NCBI GenBank assembly: GCA_964187785.1
Contig: OZ076418.1
Span: 55,304,001 to 55,368,000 of the forward strand
DNA: 64,000 bases
Origin: Amphiscolops sp. MND2022
Lineage: Eukaryota
Direction of reading: 5' to 3'
The position numbers were made by a program, and so were the translations under genes. Each line of letters opens with the position of its first letter. Within the stretch, counting starts at the first letter, position 1. The notes under the pieces were generated by a model, which saw nothing but the letters and a program-made list of their open reading frames with translations, made no database searches and had not been told where the DNA came from. Positions 9,570 through 21,638 of this stretch are shown here, piece after piece.

Positions 9570-11996
9570 ATCTATAAGGGTCAATAGGAGAAATCCGGAG
9601 GCGGAGGCAGAACTGAAGGGGCAGAGGAGATAGGCAAATGAGAATAAGTTAAGCCTAATGAGGGATAATCTGGGTCACAGGGGCTCTGGTCAGGGTGACT
9701 GGTGGGGCAGAACGGTCAAGTACGTTTGGAGTAGATGCTTTGTGGGAGTTTGTGCTGCGCAAGCTTTGGATAGGCCGTGAGGCTAATTAGAGTAAGTTGG
9801 GCCTAATGCTAGGGAGGATTTGTTATCCTGCGGGCTAGGCTATTCGGATGAATTGAGTGTAGCGTGACACCAAGTCACAGGCTTTCCCTCACTTGCTGGT
9901 TGGGCAGGTGGGATATATTGTTTTGCAAGAATTAATGCTTTTAGGCTGAGTAGCCGAAGGGTGCTGAAATCGTAGGCTGAAAAGGCTGGATATGCTGTCA
10001 GCTAAAACAGACCAGTGGAATTCGGATTTGCTTTGGCAAAAAAGGTTTCAACGATTCCCTTGACACCAAAGCGCTTCGAGCTTTTAATACTGAAAGAAAC
10101 GTGTTTTTTTAATGAAAATGAGAAATGACAAATTATAGGGCCCATTTCATTGCTTGTTTGATTTGTCAGTGATGGGGGATTGGATTTAAAGTTATACTAT
10201 TTTGAAATATACCTCCAATTGGCGAGAGACAATGAGGTATGGAAGTTGTTTGTCTTTCTTGCACGTGGGATGCCATTTGGGCTTCTATTTCTAGAAAAAA
10301 AAACAAGTTTATTCAAGGGTCTCAGTATACGGTCAAGCAATTCTTTAAATCGAAGATGAAAGTTGAAATTAACCGTCGGGCGCTTGCTCAGTGGTGCTTT
10401 GTACTGAATATTCGATTGTTTGTCTTCCTTGCACGTGGGATGCCATTTGTGCTTCTATTTCTAGAAAAAAAAACAAATTTATACAAGGGTCTCAGAATAC
10501 AGTCAAGCAATTTTTTATCAGAATTTCCTTAATCTTTTTCTAACTCGAAAATCTTTTTCATACTGCGTTATTAGAATTTCCTTGAAATTTTCATGATCAA
10601 AAATATTTTCATAATGCGTTATCAGAATTTCCTTAACCTTTTTCTAGCTCCGAAGTATTTTTCATACTGTGTTATCAGAATTCTCAAACTTCTAATTTAA
10701 ATTTTTTCCAGGTCTCTGCCACAGTCGCTTAAAAATAAGATCGCTTAGAAATAGAAACTCAACAAAAGTATCGGCGAACAGTTAAAATTGCTGAAATGCG
10801 TCTTTTGAGTGATTTTGGAAGTTTTTTATCCATACAAAAAAATTTGCATAACCAATGACAAGATCGAGAAAATCCAAGAAATTGGTAACATCTTAGAATC
10901 CAAAACACTAAGACGTCACCGATTTTTGGTTCTTCTATCCAAAATGTCCAAACATTTGTCTTTGCCTAATTTGTCTCAGAGTGTCATAAAGTTGTTTGAA
11001 ACTTAATTGCATTGTCACTTTTGTGCCATAATCGCATTAATATGTCCGAAAGAGGTGTAAGTTCATATAAATACTTACACTACTTGTTTGACGTTTTCAA
11101 TTTGTTAAGAAAGGGGGCCGGATGCTGTTGGAAGCGGTGTTCGTGGGAATAATTCGAAATTAATTACTCAAATCACTCAAGAAACTGATCAGTTTTTTGG
11201 TGTCTTCGTAAATTCAAACGCATCAAATAATTCTAAAATCTTGTTCTGTATGTTATAAAAAGATATAACAGTATTTAAGACTGGGACCAGACTACAACCT
11301 GTTCATATTTATTACTTGAAACAGATCATTGTATTTTTTTTAATTCTAAAACAATTTTCAAAATTATAGTCCGGGACCAGACTAGAACCTGTTCAAATAT
11401 AGTACTTGAAACATATCGTTGTAAGTTTACATTCTAGAACGATTTTCAAAATTATAGTCCGGGACCAGACTAGAACCTGTTCAAATTTAGTACTTGAAAC
11501 ATATCGTTGTAAGTTTACATTCTAGAACGATATTCGGAATTTTAGTCCGGCACCAGACTAGAACCTGTTCAAATATAGTACTTGAAACATATCGTTGTAA
11601 GTTTACATTCTAGAACGATATTCGGAATTTTAGGTCGGAACCAGACTAGAACCTGTTCAAATATAGTACTTGAAACATATCGTTGTAAGTTTAACATTCT
11701 AGAACGATTTTCAAAATTTTAGTCCGGGACAGACTAGAACGTGTTGCCCACACTGGTCGATATTTAAGTTCAACTAAAAATCTAACTTCAAAAAAATATC
11801 TCATCATTCAAAAACAGTCAATTCAATTGAAGGAATTTGATAATTCAAACAGAGATAATACAACAGAAGATAATACAACATAGATAACAACTGAATTCTA
11901 TTTGGTTATTCAAAATTCAATGGTGTAAACAACGAAACAAAAGTAACCGCCCCCCCCCCCCCGCATCGGTTGTAGTTAATGAGGATCCCAACTGGG

Positions 11997-13256
11997 TTAC
12001 CAGTTGAGATTAGGGAACTCGCCACCCCTGGCCACGGCTCCAACCACTTGCCTCAGGGTGGTATTTGCATCTGCTGCGTTCGACCCTGCTCTAGTTTGGT
12101 ATGGGGTCACAGGCGCATCTGCAGGGGCAGTGTTGTCCAAGTTAAAGGTCACTGCATTGTTATTTGCCCCAGTGAGGTTCTTCATGAAATACATGCATGT
12201 GAAGTTCATCTGGAGTTGTGTCACCAGCCACATGGCAGTTGAACCAGCGTCCCTGTCAGTTGTGGCAAGGTTCCAGCTGCCTGAGTTGACCTCGTAGGTG
12301 TACTGTGCATTGATGGCCGCCACTATGTCTTTTATTTTAAGCAAGGTGAGTACTGAGGCCTTGCCACTCGTTGGTCCGAATATGTTAAGGCAGACATCAG
12401 CCTTTAAGCCAGTCAGGTTGAACGGGTGTCCATAAAGGCCACCAACTGGACAGACTGGCCAGCCGAGTTCCCTCAAGTCTCTTATCAGCAGGTTAGTTAC
12501 CACCCTGCCTGGCTTGACCTGGAATGCCCTGAGGTACTTCTTCACCTTGGGTTCAGAGAGCTTGTCAAGCATGTATGCTGCAATGAACGGGTATATGCAC
12601 TCGTTGACAGCATTGTTGTTTTCTGCAGCAACCGTCGCTGCCAGTGCATCATAGGCTTCCTTCACTCCACATGCTGTGGCCATCGCTTCTCCTTCGGCTG
12701 CAGTCTTGGCGCCTCTTGAGACTCCGTTCTTAATCCTCCGTTCACATCTGGGGAACATCTGTGCAGCCATTGCAGGGTCGAGGTCATAAATCTCGTTGAA
12801 TTCATCAAAGTACTCAGGCCCCACAGCTTCTGCATTGCGGTTGTTGGCATTTAGCCTCTTCTTGGCAGCTATCCCGGTGACTATTGCGGCCAGGTTGACC
12901 ATCTGGTCATTAGGAATATTTGCCAAGTTGATGTTGGCGGGCACTGGTGCCAGAAACATGTCGTATAGGCCATGCTTCACAATGAACTTGCCTATAATCA
13001 GCAATAGCTTCTTGTAGTGGGCCGATCGCAAATTGGGATCATTTGCAATCGGGTACTCCAAAATGCTCTTGAAGATCGCCTCATACAGTGCTGTTCTGGC
13101 TGCTTCAGGCGCGGCGTTTATCCCCTGCACCATCAGAAGAGCATTTTGTCTCACTGGCTCATTTTGGGGACTATCATTTATGAGGGTCGCCATCTGTCGG
13201 CGGTGAGCAGCATCCCTTGCTGCTCTGCCATTATTTGCTACTGCTGCTTCCGCCAT
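11997..13256 (-). CDS. Array ORF copy 3, unknown 419-aa protein
   Basis: Intact ORF MAEAAVANN...GEFPNLNW. Confidence 0.8.
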   Translation of the reverse strand: MAEAAVANNGRAARDAAHRRQMATLINDSPQNEPVRQNALLMVQGINAAPEAARTALYEAIFKSILEYPIANDPNLRSAHYKKLLLIIGKFIVKHGLYDMFLAPVPANINLANIPNDQMVNLAAIVTGIAAKKRLNANNRNAEAVGPEYFDEFNEIYDLDPAMAAQMFPRCERRIKNGVSRGAKTAAEGEAMATACGVKEAYDALAATVAAENNNAVNECIYPFIAAYMLDKLSEPKVKKYLRAFQVKPGRVVTNLLIRDLRELGWPVCPVGGLYGHPFNLTGLKADVCLNIFGPTSGKASVLTLLKIKDIVAAINAQYTYEVNSGSWNLATTDRDAGSTAMWLVTQLQMNFTCMYFMKNLTGANNNAVTFNLDNTAPADAPVTPYQTRAGSNAADANTTLRQVVGAVARGGEFPNLNW

Positions 13257-16188
13257 ATCTATAAGGGTCAATAGGAGAAATCCGGAGGCGGAGGCAGAAC
13301 TGAAGGGGCAGAGGAGATAGGCAAATGAGAATAAGTTAAGCCTAATGAGGTATAATCTGGGTCACAGGGGCTCTGGTCAGGGTGACTGGTGGGGCAGAAC
13401 GGTCAAGTACGTTTGGAGTAGATGCTTTGTGGGAGTTTGTGCTGCGCAAGCTTTGGATAGGCCGTGAGGCTAATTAGAGTAAGTTGGGCCTAATGCTAGG
13501 GAGGATTTGTTATCCTGCGGGCTAGGCTATTCGGATGAATTGAGTGTAGCGTGACACCAAGTCATAGGCTTTCGCTCACTTGCTGGTTGGGCAGGTGGGA
13601 TATATTGTTTTGCAAGAATTAATGCTTTTAGGCTGAGTAGCCGAAGGGTGCTGAAATCGTAGGCTGAAAAGGCTGGATATGCTGTCAGCTAAAACAGACC
13701 AGTGGAATTCGGATTTGCTTTGGCAAAAAAGGTTTCAACGATTCCCTTGACACCAAAGCGCTTCGAGCTTTTAATACCGAAAGAAACGTGTTTTTTTAAT
13801 GAAAATGAGAAATGACAACTTATAGGGTCCATTTCATTGCTTGTTTGATTTGTCAGTGATGGGGGATTGGATTTAAAGTTATACTATTTTGAAATATACC
13901 TCCAATTGGCGAGAGACAATGAGGTATGGAAGTTGTTTGTCTTTCTTGCACGTGGGATGCCATTTGGGCTTCTATTTCTAGAAAAAAAAAACAAATTTAT
14001 TCAAGGGTCTCAGTATACGGTCAAGTAATTTTTTAAATGAATATGAAAGTTGAAATTAACCGTCGGGCGCTTGCTCAGTGGTGCTTTGTACTGAAGCTGC
14101 GATTGTTTGTCTTTCTTGCACGTGGGATGCCATTTGGGCTTCTATTTCTAGAAAAAAAAAACAAATTTATACAAGGGTCTCAGAATACGGTCAAGCAATT
14201 TTTTAAATCGAATATGAAAGTTGAAATTAACCGTCGGGCGCTTGCTCAGTGGTGATTTGTACTGAATATTCGATTGTTTGTCTTTCTTGCACGTGGGATG
14301 CCATTTGGGCTTCTATTTCTAGAAAAAAAAACAAATTTATACAAGGGTCTCAGAATACGGTCAAGCAATTTTTTAAATCGAATATGAAAGTTGAAATTAA
14401 CCGTCGGGCGCTTGCTCAGTGGTGCTTTGTACTGAATATTCGATTGTTTGTCTTTCTTGCACGTGGGATGCCATTTGTGCTTCTATTTCTAGAAAAAAAA
14501 ACAAATTTATACAAGGGTCTCAGAATACGGTCAAGCAATTTTTTAAATCGAATATGAAAGTTGAAATTAACCGTCGGGCGCTTGCTCAGTGGTGCTTTGT
14601 ACTGAATATTCGATTGTTTGTCTTCCTTGCACGTGGGATGCCATTTGTGCTTCTATTTCTAGAAAAAAAAACAAATTTATACAAGGGTCTCAGAATACAG
14701 TCAAGCAATTTTTTATCAGAATTTCCTTAATCTTTTTCTAACTCGAAAATCTTTTTCATACTGCGTTATTAGAATTTCCTTGAAATTTTCATGATCAAAA
14801 ATATTTTCATAATGCGTTATCAGAATTTCCTTAACCTTTTTCTAGCTCCGAAGTATTTTTCATACTGTGTTATCAGAATTCTCAAACTTCTAATTTAAAT
14901 TTTTTCCAGGTCTCTGCCACAGTCGCTTAAAAATAAGATCGCTTAGAAATAGAAACTCAACAAAAGTATCGGCGCACAGTTAAAATTGCTGAAATGCGTC
15001 TTTTGAGTGATTTTGGAAGTTTTTTATCCATACAAAAAAAATTGCATAACCAATGACAAGATCGAGAAAATCCAAGAAATTGGTAACATCTTAGAATCCA
15101 AAACACTAAGACGTCACCGATTTTTGGTTCTTCTATCCAAAATGTCCAAACATTTGTCTTTGCCTAATTTGTCTCAGAGTGTCATAAAGTTGTTTGAAAC
15201 TTAATTGCATTGTCACTTTTGTGCCATAATCGCATTAATATGTCCGAAAGAGGTGTAAGTTCATATAAATACTTACACTACTTGTTTGACGTTTTCAATT
15301 TGTTAAGAAAGGGGGCCGGATGCTGTTGGAAGCGGTGTTCGTGGGAATAATTCGAAATTAATTACTCAAATCACTCAAGAAACTGATCAGTTTTTTAGTG
15401 TCTTCGTAAATTCAAACTCATCAAACAATTCTAAAATCTTGTTCTGTATGTTCTAAAAAGATATAACAGTATTTAAGACTGGGACCAGACTACAACCTGT
15501 TCATATTTATTACTTGAAACAGATCATTGTATTTTTTTTAATTCTAAAACAATTTTCAAAATTATAGTCCGGGACCAGACTAGAACCTGTTCAAATATAG
15601 TACTTGAAACATATCGTTGTAAGTTTACATTCTAGAACGATTTTCAAAATTATAGTCCGGGACCAGACTTGAACCTGTTCAAATTTAGTACTTGAAACAT
15701 ATCGTTGTAAGTTTACATTCTAGAACGATATTCGGAATTTTAGTCCGGCACCAGACTAGAACCTGTTCAAATATAGTACTTGAAACATATCGTTGTAAGT
15801 TTACATTCTAGAAAGATATTCGGAATTTTAGTCCGGGACCAGACTAGAACCTGTTCAAATATAGTACTTGAAACATATCGTTGTAAGTTTAACATTCTAG
15901 AACGATTTTCAAAATTTTAGTCCGGGACAGACTAGAACGTGTTGCCCACACTGGTCGATATTTAAGTTCAACTAAAAATCTAACTTCAAAAAAATATCTC
16001 ATCATTCAAAAACAGTCAATTCAATTGAAGGAATTTGATAATTCAAACAGAGATAATACAACAGAAGATAATACAACATAGATAACAACTGAATTCTATA
16101 TGGTTATTCAAAATTCAATGGTGTAAACAACGAAACAAAAGTAACCGCCCCCCCGCATCGGTTGTAGTTAATGAGGATCCCAACTGGG

Positions 16189-17448
16189 TTACCAGTTGAG
16201 ATTAGGGAACTCGCCACCCCTGGCCACGGCTCCAACCACTTGCCTCAGGGTGGTATTTGCATCTGCTGCGTTCGACCCTGCTCTAGTTTGGTATGGGGTC
16301 ACAGGCGCATCTGCAGGGGCAGTGTTGTCCAAGTTAAAGGTCACTGCATTGTTATTTGCCCCAGTGAGGTTCTTCATGAAATACATGCATGTGAAGTTCA
16401 TCTGGAGTTGTGTCACCAGCCACATGGCAGTTGAACCAGCGTCCCTGTCAGTTGTGGCAAGGTTCCAGCTGCCTGAGTTGACCTCGTAGGTGTACTGTGC
16501 ATTGATGGCCGCCACTATGTCTTTTATTTTAAGCAAGGTGAGTACTGAGGCCTTGCCACTCGTTGGTCCGAATATGTTAAGGCAGACATCAGCCTTTAAG
16601 CCAGTCAGGTTGAACGGGTGTCCATAAAGGCCACCAACTGGACAGACTGGCCAGCCGAGTTCCCTCAAGTCTCTTATCAGCAGGTTAGTTACCACCCTGC
16701 CTGGCTTGACCTGGAATGCCCTGAGGTACTTCTTCACCTTGGGTTCAGAGAGCTTGTCAAGCATGTATGCTGCAATGAACGGGTATATGCACTCGTTGAC
16801 AGCATTGTTGTTTTCTGCAGCAACCATCGCTGCCAGTGCATCATAGGCTTCCTTCACTCCACATGCTGTGGCCATCGCTTCTCCTTCGGCTGCAGTCTTG
16901 GCGCCTCTTGAGACTCCGTTCTTAATCCTCCGTTCACATCTGGGGAACATCTGTGCAGCCATTGCAGGGTCGAGGTCATAAATCTCGTTGAATTCATCAA
17001 AGTACTCAGGCCCCACAGCTTCTGCATTGCGGTTGTTGGCATTTAGCCTCTTCTTGGCAGCTATCCCGGTGACTATTGCGGCCAGGTTGACCATCTGGTC
17101 ATTAGGAATATTTGCCAAGTTGATGTTGGCGGGCACTGGTGCCAGAAACATGTCGTATAGGCCATGCTTCACAATGAACTTGCCTATAATCAGCAATAGC
17201 TTCTTGTAGTGGGCCGATCGCAAATTGGGATCATTTGCAATCGGGTACTCCAAAATGCTCTTGAAGATCGCCTCATACAGTGCTGTTCTGGCTGCTTCAG
17301 GCGCGGCGTTTATCCCCTGCACCATCAGAAGAGCATTTTGTCTCACTGGCTCATTTTGGGGACTATCATTTATGAGGGTCGCCATCTGTCGGCGGTGAGC
17401 AGCATCCCTTGCTGCTCTGCCATTATTTGCTACTGCTGCTTCCGCCAT
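16189..17448 (-). CDS. Array ORF copy 4, unknown 419-aa protein
   Basis: Intact ORF. Confidence 0.8.
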   Translation of the reverse strand: MAEAAVANNGRAARDAAHRRQMATLINDSPQNEPVRQNALLMVQGINAAPEAARTALYEAIFKSILEYPIANDPNLRSAHYKKLLLIIGKFIVKHGLYDMFLAPVPANINLANIPNDQMVNLAAIVTGIAAKKRLNANNRNAEAVGPEYFDEFNEIYDLDPAMAAQMFPRCERRIKNGVSRGAKTAAEGEAMATACGVKEAYDALAAMVAAENNNAVNECIYPFIAAYMLDKLSEPKVKKYLRAFQVKPGRVVTNLLIRDLRELGWPVCPVGGLYGHPFNLTGLKADVCLNIFGPTSGKASVLTLLKIKDIVAAINAQYTYEVNSGSWNLATTDRDAGSTAMWLVTQLQMNFTCMYFMKNLTGANNNAVTFNLDNTAPADAPVTPYQTRAGSNAADANTTLRQVVGAVARGGEFPNLNW

Positions 17449-20378
17449 ATCTATAAGGGTCAATAGGAGAAATCCGGAGGCGGAGGCAGAACTGAAGGGG
17501 CAGAGGAGATAGGCAAATGAGATTAAGTTAAGCCTAATGAGGGATAATCTGGGTCACAGGGGCTCTGGTCAGGGTGACTGGTGGGGCAGAACGGTCAAGT
17601 ACGTTTGGAGTAGATGCTTTGTGGGAGTTTGTGCTGCGCAAGCTTTGGATAGGCCGTGAGGCTAATTAGAGTAAGTTGGGCCTAATGCTAGGGAGGATTT
17701 GTTATCCTGCGGGCTAGGCTATTCGGATGAATTGAGTGTAGCGTGACACCAAGTCACAGGCTTTCGCTCACTTGCTGGTTGGGCAGGTGGGATATATTGT
17801 TTTGCAAGAATTAATGCTTTTAGGCTGAGTAGCCGAAGGGTGCTGAAATCGTAGGCTGAAAAGGCTGGATATGCTGTCAGCTAAAACAGACCAGTGGAAT
17901 TCGGATTTGCTTTGGCAAAAAAGGTTTCAACGATTCCCTTGACACCAAAGCGCTTCGAGCTTTTAATACCGAAAGAAACGTGTTTTTTTAATGAAAATGA
18001 GAAATGACAACTTATAGGGTCCATTTCATTGCTTGTTTGATTTGTCAGTGATGGGGGATTGGATTTAAAGTTATACTATTTTGAAATATACCTCCAATTG
18101 GCGAGAGACAATGAGGTATGGAAGTTGTTTGTCTTTCTTGCACGTGGGATGCCATTTGGGCTTCTATTTCTAGAAAAAAAAACAAATTTATTCAAGGGTC
18201 TCAGTATACGGTCAAGTAATTTTTTAAATGAATATGAAAGTTGAAATTAACCGTCGGGCGCTTGCTCAGTGGTGCTTTGTACTGAAGCTGCGATTGTTTG
18301 TCTTTCTTGCACGTGGGATGCCATTTGGGCTTCTATTTCTAGAAAAAAAAACAAATTTATACAAGGGTCTCAGAATACGGTCAAGCAATTTTTTAAATCG
18401 AATATGAAAGTTAAAATTAACCGTCGGGCGCTTGCTCAGTGGTGATTTGTACTGAATATTCGATTGTTTGTCTTTCTTGCACGTGGGATGCCATTTGGGC
18501 TTCTATTTCTAGAAAAAAAAACAAATTTATACAAGGGTCTCAGAATACGGTCAAGCAATTTTTTAAATCGAATATGAAAGTTGAAATTAACCGTCGGGCG
18601 CTTGCTCAGTGGTGCTTTGTACTGAATATTCGATTGTTTGTCTTTCTTGCACGTGGGATGCCATTTGTGCTTCTATTTCTAGAAAAAAAAACAAATTTAT
18701 ACAAGGGTCTCAGAATACGGTCAAGCAATTTTTTAAATCGAATATGAAAGTTGAAATTAACCGTCGGGCGCTTGCTCAGTGGTGCTTTGTACTGAATATT
18801 CGATTGTTTGTCTTCCTTGCACGTGGGATGCCATTTGTGCTTCTATTTCTAGAAAAAAAAACAAATTTATACAAGGGTCTCAGAATACAGTCAAGCAATT
18901 TTTTATCAGAATTTCCTTAATCTTTTTCTAACTCGAAAATCTTTTTCATACTGCGTTATTAGAATTTCCTTGAAATTTTCATGATCAAAAATATTTTCAT
19001 AATGCGTTATCAGAATTTCCTTAACCTTTTTCTAGCTCCGAAGTATTTTTCATACTGTGTTATCAGAATTCTCAAACTTCTAATTTAAATTTTTTCCAGG
19101 TCTCTGCCACAGTCGCTTAAAAATAAGATCGCTTAGAAATAGAAACTCAACAAAAGTATCGGCGCACAGTTAAAATTGCTGAAATGCGTCTTTTGAGTGA
19201 TTTTGGAAGTTTTTTATCCATACAAAAAAAATTGCATAACCAATGACAAGATCGAGAAAATCCAAGAAATTGGTAACATCTTAGAATCCAAAACACTAAG
19301 ACGTCACCGATTTTTGGTTCTTCTATCCAAAATGTCCAAACATTTGTCTTTGCCTAATTTGTCTCAGAGTGTCATAAAGTTGTTTGAAACTTAATTGCAT
19401 TGTCACTTTTGTGCCATAATCGCATTAATATGTCCGAAAGAGGTGTAAGTTCATATAAATACTTACACTACTTGTTTGACGTTTTCAATTTGTTAAGAAA
19501 GGGGGCCGGATGCTGTTGGAAGCGGTGTTCGTGGGAATAATTCGAAATTAATTACTCAAATCACTCAAGAAACTGATCAGTTTTTTAGTGTCTTCGTAAA
19601 TTCAAACTCATCAAACAATTCTAAAATCTTGTTCTGTATGTTCTAAAAAGATATAACAGTATTTAAGACTGGGACCAGACTACAACCTGTTCATATTTAT
19701 TACTTGAAACAGATCATTGTATTTTTTTTTAATTCTAAAACAATTTTCAAAATTATAGTCCGGGACCAGACTAGAACCTGTTCAAATATAGTACTTGAAA
19801 CATATCGTTGTAAGTTTACATTCTAGAACGATTTTCAAAATTATAGTCCGGGACCAGACTTGAACCTGTTCAAATTTAGTACTTGAAACATATCGTTGTA
19901 AGTTTACATTCTAGAACGATATTCGGAATTTTAGTCCGGCACCAGACTAGAACCTGTTCAAATATAGTACTTGAAACATATCGTTGTAAGTTTACATTCT
20001 AGAAAGATATTCGGAATTTTAGTCCGGGACCAGACTAGAACCTGTTCAAATATAGTACTTGAAACATATCGTTGTAAGTTTAACATTCTAGAACGATTTT
20101 CAAAATTTTAGTCCGGGACAGACTAGAACGTGTTGCCCACACTGGTCGATATTTAAGTTCAACTAAAAATCTAACTTCAAAAAAATATCTCATCATTCAA
20201 AAACAGTCAATTCAATTGAAGGAATTTGATAATTCAAACAGAGATAATACAACAGAAGATAATACAACATAGATAACAACTGAATTCTATATGGTTATTC
20301 AAAATTCAATGGTGTAAACAACGAAACAAAAGTAACCGCCCCCCGCATCGGTTGTAGTTAATGAGGATCCCAACTGGG

Positions 20379-21638
20379 TTACCAGTTGAGATTAGGGAAC
20401 TCGCCACCCCTGGCCACGGCTCCAACCACTTGCCTCAGGGTGGTATTTGCATCTGCTGCGTTCGACCCTGCTCTAGTTTGGTATGGGGTCACAGGCGCAT
20501 CTGCAGGGGCAGTGTTGTCCAAGTTAAAGGTCACTGCATTGTTATTTGCCCCAGTGAGGTTCTTCATGAAATACATGCATGTGAAGTTCATCTGGAGTTG
20601 TGTCACCAGCCACATGGCAGTTGAACCAGCGTCCCTGTCAGTTGTGGCAAGGTTCCAGCTGCCTGAGTTGACCTCGTAGGTGTACTGTGCCTTGATGGCC
20701 GCCACTATGTCTTTTATTTTAAGCAAGGTGAGTACTGAGGCCTTGCCACTCGTTGGTCCGAATATGTTAAGGCAGACATCAGCCTTTAAGCCAGTCAGGT
20801 TGAACGGGTGTCCATAAAGGCCACCAACTGGACAGACTGGCCAGCCGAGTTCCCTCAAGTCTCTTATCAGCAGGTTAGTTACCACCCTGCCTGGCTTGAC
20901 CTGGAATGCCCTGAGGTACTTCTTCACCTTGGGTTCAGAGAGCTTGTCAAGCATGTATGCTGCAATGAACGGGTATATGCACTCGTTGACAGCATTGTTG
21001 TTTTCTGCAGCAACCGTCGCTGCCAGTGCATCATAGGCTTCCTTCACTCCACATGCTGTGGCCATCGCTTCTCCTTCGGCTGCAGTCTTGGCGCCTCTTG
21101 AGACTCCGTTCTTAATCCTCCGTTCACATCTGGGGAACATCTGTGCAGCCATTGCAGGGTCGAGGTCATAAATCTCGTTGAATTCATCAAAGTACTCAGG
21201 CCCCACAGCTTCTGCATTGCGGTTGTTGGCATTTAGCCTCTTCTTGGCAGCTATCCCGGTGACTATTGCGGCCAGGTTGACCATCTGGTCATTAGGAATA
21301 TTTGCCAAGTTGATGTTGGCGGGCACTGGTGCCAGAAACATGTCGTATAGGCCATGCTTCACAATGAACTTGTCTATAATCAGCAATAGCTTCTTGTAGT
21401 GGGCCGATCGCAAATTGGGATCATTTGCAATCGGGTACTCCAAAATGCTCTTGAAGATCGCCTCATACAGTGCTGTTCTGGCTGCTTCAGGCGCGGCGTT
21501 TATCCCCTGCACCATCAGAAGAGCATTTTGTCTCACTGGCACATTTTGGGGACTATCATTTATGAGGGTCGCCATCTGTCGGCGGTGAGCAGCATCCCTT
21601 GCTGCTCTGCCATTATTTGCTACTGCTGCTTCCGCCAT
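20379..21638 (-). CDS. Array ORF copy 5, unknown 419-aa protein
   Basis: Intact ORF. Confidence 0.8.
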   Translation of the reverse strand: MAEAAVANNGRAARDAAHRRQMATLINDSPQNVPVRQNALLMVQGINAAPEAARTALYEAIFKSILEYPIANDPNLRSAHYKKLLLIIDKFIVKHGLYDMFLAPVPANINLANIPNDQMVNLAAIVTGIAAKKRLNANNRNAEAVGPEYFDEFNEIYDLDPAMAAQMFPRCERRIKNGVSRGAKTAAEGEAMATACGVKEAYDALAATVAAENNNAVNECIYPFIAAYMLDKLSEPKVKKYLRAFQVKPGRVVTNLLIRDLRELGWPVCPVGGLYGHPFNLTGLKADVCLNIFGPTSGKASVLTLLKIKDIVAAIKAQYTYEVNSGSWNLATTDRDAGSTAMWLVTQLQMNFTCMYFMKNLTGANNNAVTFNLDNTAPADAPVTPYQTRAGSNAADANTTLRQVVGAVARGGEFPNLNW